Shown here: in pieces, positions 1 to 12,545 of the stretch | Layout of the letters: each line of letters starts with the position of its first letter | Position numbering within the stretch: position 1 is the stretch's first letter | Source of the DNA: Macrostomum lignano | Taxonomy: Eukaryota | Reading direction: 5' to 3' | Length of the DNA: 64,000 nucleotides | Assembly (NCBI GenBank): GCA_002269645.1 | Contig: NIVC01003856.1 | Coordinates: forward strand, 1-64,000 | Translations under genes and position numbers: made by a program | Notes under the pieces: generated by a model | The model's input: the letters and a program-made list of their open reading frames with translations, nothing else | What the model was told of the DNA's origin: nothing | Databases searched by the model: none

Positions 1-1543
1 TTTGTTATACAATCCCCATGTAAAAGATGCAGTCAAAGAATAGAAACCAGATAAAAATATCCATGAGTCAAAGGCACTACATTAAGGCAGTTTCAATTGA
101 GTCTATTTGAAGTGGAGTTCAACCAAACAAGGCAATCAACAAAGACACGACAAGATTCTTGGCAAGAGAGGGATGTATCTATATTCACTTTTGTTATATG
201 ATCATTTAAATGGAGGAAATGTATGCAAAGGGATCGGATAACAAAACTTGGGCTTTTTATCAATTTCGTAATACTATCCCCCAAGTAAAAAATTTGTTTG
301 CAGAGGATTGTATATCAAAAATTAAATCAAGGTATCACACTTAAATAATAATATCTTACTGATATTGATATTGATAAGTGGAGCTGAGCTTAGAGCTTTA
401 ATATGCGTGCGCATGCACATGCATGCATGCAGGCAGGAGCTTTTTTGCAGAAAAAATTAAATAAAAAAATTAAAAAATCTTGAGTAAAATTAACAAACGT
501 TTTGTATGCTTAGTAAACATCTAAGTAACTAAGTGAAAACAACAAATGTGACATAAAATGAAAATGAGTTATTAGTTATGTTATTTATGTAGCCGTGGTT
601 TTCTGCTCCTGAGAATGTACTGTATCCATAGATACGCAAAAATATGAAATATATAATTTTTCTTATCTGGTCGATTTTAGACTTTTCAAAGTGTTCGCTG
701 TATTAGTTGTTTTTCTAATACAACTTGCAGGAGTTTCAGAAATTTTTCATAGAGCTTTTTGGACTTGTATGATTCTTATGTAAATATGGCGTCCATCATT
801 TCCATCAGCATATTTTAGTTTCACCATCAGATAATGGACATTCGTACAGTTGCATACAGCTATATTTAGCTAAAGCTTTAACTTTGAAAGACCGTTAAAT
901 TGAAAGGATAATACTATATACGAAGCTTTGATACGAAGCAATACTAAATATCGAAGCTTTTAAATCCTGAATTTTATTGTGCTTGAACTTTAGGAATAAT
1001 TTGAAACATTATTTTGAGTAAAGCTCAATTGTTATTTTATTATCAACTGGAATATGAGCCTTTGTACCTTGATTATCTGGTATTATTTATACTATTTAGT
1101 TAAAATATTTAATTATTATTCAGTATAATCAGTTTCACTAAGGAAAACTAAGTAGTCGTAACAAACTGACTAGGAAAAAGAATAATAAACTTACAAACTA
1201 TTTTTGTCACATGTCCTTATTTCTGAATACCATTATTTTGATTTCTAAATTATTGCTGCCACTATTGATAACTGGTGATGCTGATTCCTAACTTTTCTAA
1301 GGTTTCGCGCCTGATTTTCCCCTTTAGGTTCAGATTCTTATTTCTGAAATGCACAACTCTCTCCTTTAGTGGTAGTTTTTCTGGCAGAGGCAGGAATAAT
1401 CTCACAGAAAATGTTTAGTAACTTTAGAAAGTGTTTAGTAAGTTCATTTCTAAACGGGTAACAAAATGTGTAACAAGTCTCGATAAGTTGTCTACAATAT
1501 TATATTTATTTGAGAGACAAAGAATCCTACCAACTTTCATGCA

Positions 1544-4500
1544 ATGTCCGAGGCGCAGAGTCAGAAAGGCTCGTCGAAGCCACAGACGCCCGCAACAGGG
1601 GCTGGCGACAAACAGCAGGACCTGGTGCCGCGAGAGTCCGACTTCACGGATAACAAGGCCTACCTGCTCACCGCTAGCAGCCAGAGTGGCATGAACTTGT
1701 AAGTTTTTTTACCGGGTTTCGAAATTTCTAAAGACAATTTAATGCTCCGACTCTAATTAACCAACAACTCGACCTGCCCGAATTCAAGGTACGACCATCT
1801 CATCGTCTGCCTGAAAAAGATCCTCGAGGAGAAACCCAGCAATGTAGTGGACATCTTCGAAGACATCAGCAAGGAGGGCAAACGGGCGAGGTTCGCCTCC
1901 AACGTGGACACGGTGCAGAACCAGTACGAGCGAACTACCGAGGTGGCCAAGGCCGAAGTGCAGCGGCATCTGTTTGAGGTGAGCACTGTAGCATACAGTT
2001 GCCTATCGGTGTACTTTCTAGCCAGAAGGAAATTAAAAAGCATTGAATTCCAAACCAATGCATCTTCAGCCAACCCAGGGCGATGAAGATGAGGAAGAGA
2101 TGGATTCGGCGCTGCCCAACCTGTGGCAGACCGCCTATCTGTTCGAGCAGGGAGGAGTCGGTAAGCGAAGGAAGCTCTCAGGAGATAAATTATGGGTTTT
2201 AGATCTTCCATAGCAACCGCTGGAGCTTTTGACAATTCAATGCTCTCCTGCAAACTCCCAAACTCAGGCCTGGACGCTGAGGAGACCTACCGCCTGTGGC
2301 TGGCTCTCAAAGAGCTGGAGAAGCAGCACAGCTTCGAGCAGCTGCGCTTCTGGGGCAAAATCCTCGGCACTGAGGGTGGCTATTACATCGCTGAGGGTCT
2401 GCTCAAGCAGGATGAGATAGACGCCATCGTCGAGGAGGAGGCGAAGGCCGCGGCAGCCACCGCCAGCAGTGCCGACGGCAGCAAGCCGGAACAAGCCGGG
2501 GCCGACTCCGCCGCTGACGCTGAAGCCGCTGGCGACGCCGACGAGGAGCCGCCGGAGGACCCGATCCCCAAGCCGGACTTCAAGACGCCGCCGGTGGTGC
2601 CACGCGAAGACGCCGGCTCCGGCGTCAACCGGTTTGTGTACTTTGTCTGCTCGGAGCCCGGCCGGCCCTGGACCCGCCTGCCCAGCGTGACCCCGGCGCA
2701 GATCCAGGCTGCCCGCAAGGTGAAGAAGTTCTTCACCGGCCGCCTTGACGCCCCTGTGGTCACCTACCCGCCGTTTCCCGGCAACGAGGCCAACTACGCG
2801 CGCTCAGGTCTGCCGGATCTCAGCCGGCACCATCATCTCGCCGCAGGTGAGTGCAATGTTGTGCTAGCAAAATTTGGAACGAGTCAATGCTGTGGTCAAA
2901 GTTAAATCTCAAAGTTGTAAAACCATAAGAGAGCGTCTACTGACGAGTAGCGAGGAAAGAGAATTAAGCGATTCCCTTATAGCCAGCTGATGTAAGAAAA
3001 ACTGTTGGGCACCGGGCAGTTTAATAGAACATTAACTGTTTCCCGGCGGGTCCTGGCTCAGAAGACCAGCTGACAGCGGGCTAGGAGCTCAGAAATGTTT
3101 ACTTCAGGTAATCAGGCTTACCTGGTCTGGACTACCCTTCCCAAATGCTTACCCTCACCGAAACTGCAGGGCTTTTACATGTTCGACGAAGAGGAGGAAG
3201 AGGATGAGGAGGGCGGCGGCCGCGACAACTTCGTGGAGAACCCGGAGTTCGAGCCGATGCCGGTGCGGGAGCTCATCGACCCCAGCCTGTCCAGCTGGGT
3301 GCACCATGTGCAGCACGTCCTGCCGCAGGGCCGCACCCGCTGGTGGAATCCGGCGCAGAAGCGGGACGACGATTCCGTTGACGACGAGGATGAAGAGGAG
3401 AAGGAGGAGATGGACGAGCCGCAGCCGGAGGAGGGCCCACCGCTGCTGACGCCGCTGTCCGAGGACGCGGAGGTTGACGGCAACCAGCCGTGGACGGCGC
3501 GGCTCTCGTCGCAGCTGCTGCCGCAGTTCTCGGTTGCCGTCCTGTCCTCCAACCTGTGGCCGGGCGCGTACGCGGTGGCCCAAGGCAGGTGCGAGTCGCG
3601 GCGAGAGATGACTGGGGAGAAGAGAGAAAGGGGAGAATTAGGAACAGGAGAGGGGAGAATTAGGGACATGAGAGGGGAGAATTAGGGACATGAGAGGGGA
3701 GAATTAGGGACATGAGAGGGGAGGGACAGGAGAGGGGAGAATTAGGGACATGAGAGGGGAGAATTAGGGGCATGAGAGGCGAGGGACATGAGAGGCGAGA
3801 GACAGGAGAGGGGAGAATTAGGGACATGAGAGGCTAGGGACAGGAGAGGGGAGAATTAGGGACATGAAAGGCGAGGGACAGGAGAGGGGAGAATTAGGGA
3901 CATGAGACGGAGAATTAGGGACATGAGAGGGGAGAATTAGGGACATGAGAGGCTAGGGACAGGAGAGGGGAGAATTAGGGACATGAAAGGCGAGGGACAG
4001 GAGAGGGGAGAATTAGGGACATGAGACGGGAGAATTAGGGACATGAGAGGGGAGAATAAGGGACATGAGAGGCTAGGGACAGGAGAGGGGAGAATTAGGG
4101 ACATGAGAGGGGAGAATTAGGAACAGGAGAGGGGAGAATTAGGAACAGGAGAGGGGAGAATTAGGCACATGAGAGGGGAGAATTAGGGACATGAGACGGG
4201 AGAATTAGGGACATGAGAGGGGAGAATTAGGGACATGAGAGGCTAGGGACAGGAGAGGGGAGAATTAGGGACATGAAAGGCGAGGGACAGGAGAGGGGAG
4301 AATTAGGGACATGAGACGGGAGAATTAGGGACATGAGAGGGGAGAATAAGGGACATGAGAGGCTAGGGACAGGAGAGGGGAGAATTAGGGACATGAGAGG
4401 GGAGAATTAGGAACAGGAGAGGGGAGAATTAGGCACATGAGAGGGGAGAATTAGGAACAGGAGAGGGTAGAATTAGGAACAGGAGAGGGGAGAATTAGGA

Positions 4501-5982
4501 ACAGGAGAGTGGCGAATTAGGGACAGGAGAGGGAAGAATTAGGGACAGGAGAGGGGAGAATTAGGGACAGGTGAGGGGAGAATTAGGGACAGGAGAGGGA
4601 AGAATTAGGGACAGGAGAGGGGAGAATTAGGGACAGGTGAGGGGAGAATTAGGGACAGGAGAGTGGCGAATTAGCGACAGGAGAGGGGAGAATTAGGGAC
4701 AGGAGAGGGGAGAATTAGGGACAGGAGAGGGGAGAATTAGGAACAGGAGAGGGGAGAATTAGGAACAGGAGAGGGGAGAATTAGGAACAGGAGAGGGGAG
4801 AATTAGGAACAGGAGAGGGGAGAATTAGGAACAGGAGAGGGGAGAATTAGGAACATGAGAGGGGAGAATTAGGAACAGGAGAGTGGTGAATTAGGGACAT
4901 GAAAGGGGAGAATTAGGAACAGGAGAGGGGAGAATTAGGAACATGAGAGGGGAGAATTAGGAACAGGAGAGTGGTGAATTAGGAACAGGAGAGGGGAGAA
5001 TTAGGAACAGGAGAGGGGAGAATTAGGAACAGGAGAGGGGAGAATTAGGAACAGGAGAGGGGAGAATTAGGAACATGAGAGGGGAGAATTAGGAACAGGA
5101 GAGTGGTGAATTAGGGACATGAAAGGGGAGAATTAGGAACAGGAGAGGGGAGAATTAGGAACATGAGAGGGGAGAATTAGGAACAGGAGAGGGGAGAATT
5201 AGGGACAGGTGAGGGGAGAATTAGGAACAGGAGAGGGTAGAATTAGGAACAGGAGAGGGGAGAATTAGGAACAGGAGAGGGGAGAATTAGGAACAGGAGA
5301 GGGGAGAATTAGGAACAGGAGAGGGGAGAATTAGGAACATGAGAGGGGAGAATTAGGAACATGAGAGGGGAGAATTAGGAACAGGAGAGTGGTGAATTAG
5401 GGACATGAAAGGGGAGAATTAGGAACAGGAGAGGAGAGAATTAGGAACATGAGAGGGGAGAATTAGGAACAGGAGAGGGGAGAATTAGGGACAGGTGAGG
5501 GGAGAATTAGGAACAGGAGAGGGTAGAATTAGGAACATGAGAGGGGAGAATTAGGAACATGAGAGGCATTATTTTTGCAGCAGAACCAAGTAGCCTCTGT
5601 GACTAAATAAAAAGCGATCGCAGAAAGGGAAAATAAGAGAGAGAAGAAAGGGAGGCAGGGAAAAGGGAGAGAAGAGAAAGGAACCGGAAAGGCACAGGAG
5701 CTGAGAAGTGAGCCGGAGAAGTCGCAGCCCAGTCCCGCCCATGCCCGCAGTCTATTCGAGAACGTGTACATCGGCTGGGGCCACAAGTACGCCACCGAGA
5801 ACTACAGCCCACCGCCGCCGCCGCCAGTGCTGCTGGAGTTCCCCAGCGGGCCGGAGATCACCGAGACGGAGGACCCGACGCCCGAGGAGGAGGCGGCGCT
5901 GAAGGCGGCCCTGGCCGAGGCCGAGGAGGGCGCCGAGGAGGGCGCGGGCGAGGAGGAGGAGGACGAGGAGGAGGACGACTGA
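1544..5982 (+). CDS. RSPH4A: Radial spoke head protein 4/6 family (axonemal); exons 1544-1698, 1789-1978, 2070-2160, 2268-2846, 3170-3588, 5751-5982; apparent frameshift near 2798
   Basis: Spliced translation shows family motifs: [112 protein letters not shown]. All introns are GT-AG. The RSPH4A versus RSPH6A split cannot be resolved, so the symbol is family-level. Confidence 0.92.
3629..5566 (+). repeat. 22-bp purine-rich minisatellite (GAGGGGAGAATTAGG[G/A]ACA[G/T]GA), roughly 85-90 units, in RSPH intron 5
   Basis: The tandem unit is read directly. GGACATG variants dominate the first half and GAACAGG variants the second half. Confidence 0.97.
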
Positions 5983-6915
5983 GCAGGCGGCGTCCGACTG
6001 GCTGATTGCGCAACCGTGTCCTGCAACTGCTCCCTGCTTTGTTTTCTATTTTTTGCGCGACATTTCCGTCTGTTTTTTTGTCTGTAGATTTCTGTGCTGC
6101 CGTTTGGCCTGCCGCTTCGAAGTGAAACTTGGCGGTCAAATTTAAAATTGACTGGTTTAGACAGACTTGTTATACTAAGGTCAATATTGTATTGTTTGTT
6201 TGTAACACTATGATCTACCTTTGATGACTTGTTTATGAAAGCTGTTACGAAAAAAATAATATTCAAAGGAATCTTTGGGAACTCGGATCGAAAGCTCCAT
6301 TTTTAAAACAAAAAATACAGAGCCATGTGTTTCTGCTCAGCTACTCAGTTCAGTAGAGAATATAGAGTTTTCACAGTCTGGCCTCATTTGATGGCGGTGT
6401 GAACGAGCAACAAATTGGAAAACTTGCATCACACTCCTCTAAACCCCAGCCCAGTCATTCTTCTCAGTATATGTCAGTTGATTGCAGTTTAAACGCTTGC
6501 GATCACTCGTAAAAGTCAGTAGTTGATGTCGTGAAAAACTGAGATGATTGTCAAAGATTCGTTCATCATAACTGAAATTTTGTGATCACTCGAAAATTAT
6601 GGCCTCATTTGATGGCGGTGTGAACGAGCAACGAACAAGCACGTTTGAGAAAACTATTTTGTGCTCTGAATTCAAAACCAGTGTACAGTCTGTATCAGAG
6701 TACAAAGGCAAGCGCTCTTGTTGATATAACTGGTGCGAGCTAACAAAAAACCTAGCATATTAATTACACTTTTTGATCGTCTTTTTCCTGGTACTTCAAT
6801 TGTCAGGGTGCTGAAGGTCGCGTATAGAACAGGATTTTCTTGGACCTTGTTTACCAGGGGTTCCAGCGGCAACCAACAGGCGCTGTTTTTTCACGCTTGC
6901 TCATTTCGCTTATGT

Positions 6916-7452
6916 TAGGGGTCGGCAAACTTTTTTACCCCAAGGGCCAGATAGAGAACCTTGAGCATGACTGCGGTTCGGAGGAAGGAGATGAGAGGGA
7001 ATAAAAAAGAAAGGATATAGGAAAAGGGAGAGGTTAGGGAAGGAGCAAAGAGGAGACGATAGGAGAGAAGATGAATTAGGCTAGGAGAGTAGAAAAGAGA
7101 AGAGAGAGGGAGAGTAGGAAGAAGAGAGAAGAGGAGAGAGGAGAGGAGAGAGGAGAGGAGAGAGGAGAGGAGAGAGGAGAGGAGAGAGGAGAGGAGAGAG
7201 GAGAGAAGAGAGGAGAGGAGAGAGGAGAGGAGAGAGGAGAGGAGAGAGGAGAGGAGAGAGGAGAGGAGAGAGGAGAGAAGAGAGGAGAGGAGAGAGGAGA
7301 GGAGAGAGGAGAGGAGAGAGGAGAGAAGAAGAGAGGAGAAAAGAGCGCTGAGAAGAGACAAACATCGAGCGGGCCGGATTGCTATTGTGCAGTTTAAAAG
7401 GACCGCGAGGGCCGGATGAAGAGGCTTTGCAGGCCGGAGTTGCCGACCCCTG
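6916..7452. mobile_element. hAT/Charlie-like non-autonomous element (MITE) with an internal purine microsatellite
   Basis: Termini are TAGGGGTCGGCAAAC...GTTGCCGACCCCTG (12-bp TIR match AGGGGTCGGCAA). Flanking 8-mers GCTTATGT (6908-6915) and GCTCATGT (7453-7460) form a 7/8 TSD. Subterminal GGGCCGGA motifs are typical of Charlie MITEs. Confidence 0.8.
7085..7345 (+). repeat. 12-bp polypurine repeat (AGGAGAGGAGAG)n inside the MITE
   Basis: Read directly. It produces the spurious LLSS/LLSP ORFs on the minus strand. Confidence 0.95.
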
Positions 7453-7875
7453 GCTCATGTGATGGAAAATAATAAAATAGTTAATAACCTGACTGGCGTG
7501 ATGACCAATCAATTTTGAAGCGACAGTCAGACTAGACGGAGAGTTGTTAAAATAAAGAGGCTTGAGTTGAGTTTTGTGTGTTGCGCAACTTGGGGTGCTG
7601 TGTAAGAGGCAAGCGACCAATGTACAGCGTTTTAGTTGATCAACTGGCCCTTGCGTTGTTAAATTTTGTTGCTGAATTTGAAAATTTTCTTAAGTTAGTT
7701 GAGATTTAAAGTGATCACAGAAAAATTTATAAATTTTTGTGGTCAAACGAGTCGTGTGATTTGGTCTCTCATTTGATTGCAGCGTGAATGAGCCTTAAAT
7801 ATTTAAAACTTATGCGAGACTTTAATAAACATTTTATGCCTTGCGGTCTTGTGTGCAGTTTAGCAGTCAACAGCA

Positions 7876-8475
7876 ATGACAGCAGACGAGGCCTTCACCA
7901 GATTGGCTCTGAACACTCATTCCCTGATGGAATTTGTGTTCGGTATCTCAGAGATTGTCATGGGCTGCATTCACATGCGCAACTGCCCCGCCCAGGTTCG
8001 AATCCCCATCTACCTGCTGGTGGCTGGCATCGTGGGAGTCTCCAGGTCGGTGGCTAACAGCGTCCGGTCGATGCAGATGCAGGAGGACAGCCGGCGGCAG
8101 CATGTGCAGGAAGTGGAGGTCTCGAGCTCGACCCCGCTGATCCAGAGGACGACGGAGACGCTGAGCTCGAGGCGGCTGTGGAAGCTGCTGACCCACCTGC
8201 TGGCGGTGTTCGCCCTGCTGTGGGTCATCTGCGGCCTGGTGTGGACCTACGGAACGCAGCCGCAGTTCAACAACAGAACGGAGGCGAATTTCTGCCAGAA
8301 GGAGGTGTACAGCTTCGCCAAGGCTATGTCCGTAATCCGGACGATCATCCTGTGCGTTTATTTCAGCGTCACGTGCTTCTGCGTGGGTTTCCTGGCCGAT
8401 TTCGGCTCGCGACGCGTCGATACTGGCGATCGGATGCCCCTGCAGTCGCCTCCCCCCAGTTATCGGAGCGTTTAA
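7876..8475 (+). CDS. Single-exon multi-pass membrane protein, TMEM272-like (199 aa)
   Basis: ATG-to-TAA ORF with GC-rich codons and about four hydrophobic segments. Motifs G.IHMRNCP.Q..IPIYLLVAG and FC.KEVY.FA resemble the TMEM272 family. Confidence 0.75.
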   Translation: MTADEAFTRLALNTHSLMEFVFGISEIVMGCIHMRNCPAQVRIPIYLLVAGIVGVSRSVANSVRSMQMQEDSRRQHVQEVEVSSSTPLIQRTTETLSSRRLWKLLTHLLAVFALLWVICGLVWTYGTQPQFNNRTEANFCQKEVYSFAKAMSVIRTIILCVYFSVTCFCVGFLADFGSRRVDTGDRMPLQSPPPSYRSV

Positions 8476-8762
8476 TTCGAGCAAACTATAAATACGAGCT
8501 ATTTACACTGAGCTACATGTACATACGATTTACGAGTCGTAACTATATTTACTCAACACGTACAACTGCGAATATTATATTTTGCGGACAGCCTCTTCTT
8601 CGATTAAATGAATCTCTGTTTATTAAAAAACTTAAGTCCATGTTCAAGAGCTGCAGAGTACAGACCATAAAACCTTGCCTGCAGTATGACGCTGCGTTTG
8701 GCGCCTGTTTGACAGCTTCAGTGCGCCTTTTGTTTTTGTTATTGAAGCTTCTTTCCTCTGCA

Positions 8763-9211
8763 CAGGCACACTGTCATCCTACACCCTGATGCTTCAGGCA
8801 CACTGTCACCCCACACCCTGATGCTTCAGGCACACTGTCATCCTACACCCTGATGCTTCAGGCACACTGTCACCCCACACCCTGATGCTTCAGGCACACT
8901 GTCATCCTACACCCTGATGCTTCAGGCACACTGTCACCCCACACCCTGATGCTTCAGGCACACTGTCATCCTACACCCTGATGCTTCAGGCACACTATCA
9001 CCACACACCCTGATGCTTCAGGCACACTGTCACCCCACACCCTGATGCTTCAGGCACACTGTCACCCCACACCCTGATGCTTCAGGCACACTGTCACCCC
9101 ACACCCTGATGCTTCAGGCACACTGTCACCCCACACCCTGATGCTTCAGGCACACCGTCACCCCACACCCTGATGCTTCAGGCACACCGTCACCCCACAC
9201 CCTGATGCTTC
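8763..9211 (+). repeat. 32-bp minisatellite (CAGGCACACTGTCA[T/C]CC[T/C]ACACCCTGATGCTT), about 14 units
   Basis: The 32-bp period is read directly. Confidence 0.97.
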
Positions 9212-9457
9212 ATTCGGCACTTGGTGCTGGGTGAATTCTTGCAATCATAGTGGGGCTTAGTATCATTACAATTTAAAGATGCGTTTCAACTTCACAAGTA
9301 TTACCAAACAATTCTCGGTTTAATCTAACAAATACATTTTGGTAGCACAGTTTCACATTCAAATGCGAAAAAGAGTGGTAAAAGAAATCGCTTTCACTTG
9401 CAGCAGTTTCCCCGAGGCCCCTTTGCACCAGCTGACGTCTCCGATCGGTCACTGCTG

Positions 9458-9885
9458 GCCACGTCGGCAAAGCGGGGAGAGAATGGAGGGGAGCGCCACG
9501 CCACGTCTACAGCGCTCCTCGGTGTATTGCATTTCTCTTCTTTAAGCGGGGTAGGCCGCGAAGACAGTGTTGGGTTTCCTGAAAGCGGCAGTTTCAGGCC
9601 CGCTCGATGCCATGGCAAAAAAAAACGGTTTGCGTCCTGGCGGGCAGGCCAGTCAACTTCGTCTTGCACTTGACGCAGGAAATTTTCTCCGCAACTTTCA
9701 ACTTATTTTCAGACCGACTTGAACAGTCAGGGAGCCACGTGGCACGGGGGAACGCGCAGATGCCGCTCCCACGGATCACCCTAGGACTCAACAAGCCAGT
9801 CCACGTGGCAACTGCTCAACCCTAGAAGGTTCCTATCAGCGCCGCGAGTCCGCGGGCTGGGGTTGCTGCCGTGTCAAACGTGGCA
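9458..9885 (+). promoter_or_regulatory. Cluster of five GCCACGT/ACGTGGC sites (XBP1/CREB3/ATF6-like UPR elements) upstream of the ER cyclophilin
   Basis: Sites at 9458, 9500, 9734 (palindromic GCCACGTGGC), 9803 and 9878, all 130-560 bp upstream of ATG 10017. Confidence 0.5.
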
Positions 9886-10016
9886 CAGCCCGACAGAAAA
9901 AGCATAAAAGGAAGCAGCCCGAAGCCGAGCCGAGGCTCACTTCAAACCAACCAGGAGCTCAACTTTGCTCAGTCAGTTGCATTTCCTTCAACTATTTCCT
10001 GGAATCTACAGTCGCA

Positions 10017-11556
10017 ATGAAACTGCAGCTAGCCCTGTCTGTCTTCTGCTGCGCCTGCCTGTGGGCGGCCTCGCAGGCCAGTGCGATGAATTCAAACTAC
10101 ACGGTCACCGAGGAGGTCTGGTTCGAGGTCCGCGTCAAGGACATGGACGGCCCCGGCGAAGACTTCACTGGAAAGTGAGTACCCCAGGTTAAATTAGAAA
10201 TTCGAGAAAGAACTTCTAAATATTTATCGCTTTCCAAATTATGGGACTTTCAGTTAGGATTCGCTGCCGTTTAGAAAAGGAGTTCCTCAGAAGTCTTTCC
10301 TCTCTAGAAGCTACAAAGCGTAATCACAATTCTCGCTAAGAGAACTGGACTTCTGGAGACGAATGTTTCCGTGTGATGCGTACGAGCTACTTCAGTTTAG
10401 AAGTCCCTTTCACTGCAACACGCTGCTCATAAGCATAAGAATAAATAAATTTGACCTTTGCCGTGCACCCGAAGGTTCACCGTAGCCGTATTCGGCGAGG
10501 CCGCGCCGATGACCACAATGAACTTCGTGTCGCTTGCCCGGGGCTACAAGTTCCGCGGCGAGAATCTGCACTACAAGAACACGCCAGTGCACCGCGTGGT
10601 GCCCGACTTCGTCGTCCAGATGGGCGACATCACCACCGGGGACGGCACCGGCGGCACCAGCATCTACGGTCCGCGATTCAACGACGAGCCCTTCATCCTG
10701 TCCCACCGGTCGCCCGGCTGGATCGCCATGGCCAACCACGGCCCGGACACCAACGGTTCCCAGTTCTACATCCTGCTCACCAAGGCCCGCTGGCTGGACA
10801 ATAAGCACGTCGTGTTCGGCAAGGTCATCAAGGGATTCGTAAGTGCATCTGGAAGAATTGGGGCACTGAAGACACCAGAGCAAACCAGATCGTTTAAGGT
10901 TTCTTTTCTTAAGGATTATCGGAATTTTAAGCCCCGGGGTCTCGACCTCGTATTAGTCGGATTTTCAAATCAGACGAGCAGATGTTGAACATCTCGGCTC
11001 CGTTTAACTCCTTTCACATTCAGCGGAATCGAACTCGAAAAATCCATGATTTAAGACGTTTCTTTGTTTTTGGTGTCCTCTCGCTCAATTGCAAAAATAG
11101 TCTTCCGGAAGACTGCCGCTGCAATGCACAAATAGAACACTTCCCCATGAAAACGGAACCTACTAGGACAAAAAGCGTCCCAGAGCCACTTGCGTCTTTC
11201 AGAGTCGTTGCAGGTAAAACGTGTGAAATAGGAACTCATTCTAGACGACTACGACTCTAAAACGACGAAACTGCAAGCTGCAAACTGCAGTCGCCTCTCC
11301 GTCTGTTAATCTGTTGATTCCAAGCAATTATCGGTTTAGTAACAAGTTCAACCGAACTAAACAGCCATCTTTTCCCACCTAACCAAACCAGGACGTGGTC
11401 AAGACAGTCGGCGAAGTGCCCTCCGACCCAGACACGGCGGTGCCGCGCAAGCGCATCATGATCGAGGACTGCGGCGTGGTGGGCATCAAGGAGCGCTACG
11501 AGCTGAAGCCGAGCGAGCTGGACAGCACAGACGACGTGAAGCGGACTGAGCTGTGA
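10017..11556 (+). CDS. Secretory-pathway cyclophilin (PPIB/PPIC-like peptidyl-prolyl isomerase), 228 aa; exons 10017-10174, 10475-10838, 11392-11556
   Basis: Hydrophobic signal peptide MKLQLALSVFCCACLWAASQASA. Cyclophilin core HRVVPDFVVQMGD..GDGTGG.SIYG, AMANHGPDTNGSQF, WLDNKHVVFGKV. C-terminus RTEL. Intron phases are consistent. Confidence 0.93.
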
Positions 11557-12164
11557 ACAAAAAACTTTCGAACTTTAAATGAAGCATCTTCAGTGTTTAA
11601 TAATGCAATTAAATATAATCAGCGATTTAGAACATTCTCGAATGCCTATTAGTAATAAGAAACTGAATCAAACATAACACATTAATATTATAAAACAGTT
11701 ACGGTTCTAGTGCAAAACTTGTCGAATGATTAATTATAAAAATAACTGGGACAAGATTCTCAGCTGGAATAAATGTTTATTATAATATCGAACTACTAAT
11801 AGTAGAACACAAACAGTAGATTTTGAATTTTCGTGTCGTTTATTTCGCACAAATACAACTATTAAGAGTTGCAAGCTGAGCCACTGTAAAGAGTTATTGA
11901 GAACCGAAAAAATGCATAAATAATTTGACTTAGCAGACTACAAAATTTGGTTAAGCGGTTAAATGCGCCATTAAAAAAAATACAGCTGCTTGTAGAAAAA
12001 AACAAAACAGTATGAAACAATTGGACATTGGCAGACCACGCAAATAATAAATTATTGACATAACAAAATAGTTAAAACAATAAATAACAGGTACAAACAA
12101 CCCTGTCCATAACAGGTTTGATGGGGGAATATAAACATTAGAATAAGCATAGAATTAAACAGGC

Positions 12165-12545
12165 AACAGGGTCACATGATCACGGCAACCACCTGGCAGC
12201 AGGGTCTCATGATCACGGCAACCACCTGGCAACAGGGTCTCATGATCACCCGGCAACCACCTGGCAACAGGGTCTGATGATCACCCGGCAACCACCTGGC
12301 AACAGGGTCTCATGATCACCCGGCAACCACCTGGCAACAGGGTCTCATGATCACCCGGCAACCACCTGGCAACAGGGTCTCATGATCACCCGGCAACCAC
12401 CTGGCAACAGGGTCTCATGATCACCCGGCAACCACCTGGCAACAGGGTCTCATGATCACCCGGCAACCACCTGGCAACAGGGTCTCATGATCACCCGGCA
12501 ACCACCTGGCAACAGGCTCACATGATCACCCGGTACACCACCTGG
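12165..12545 (+). repeat. 35-bp minisatellite (AACAGGGTCTCATGATCACCCGGCAACCACCTGGC), about 10 units, abutting and overlapping the NF-YB stop codon
   Basis: The 35-bp period is read directly. The last unit grades into the NF-YB coding end. Confidence 0.95.

Noticed and set aside
93-284. 63-aa ORF at the window start
   Set aside because: AT-rich, non-ATG start, no recognisable motif or splice context.
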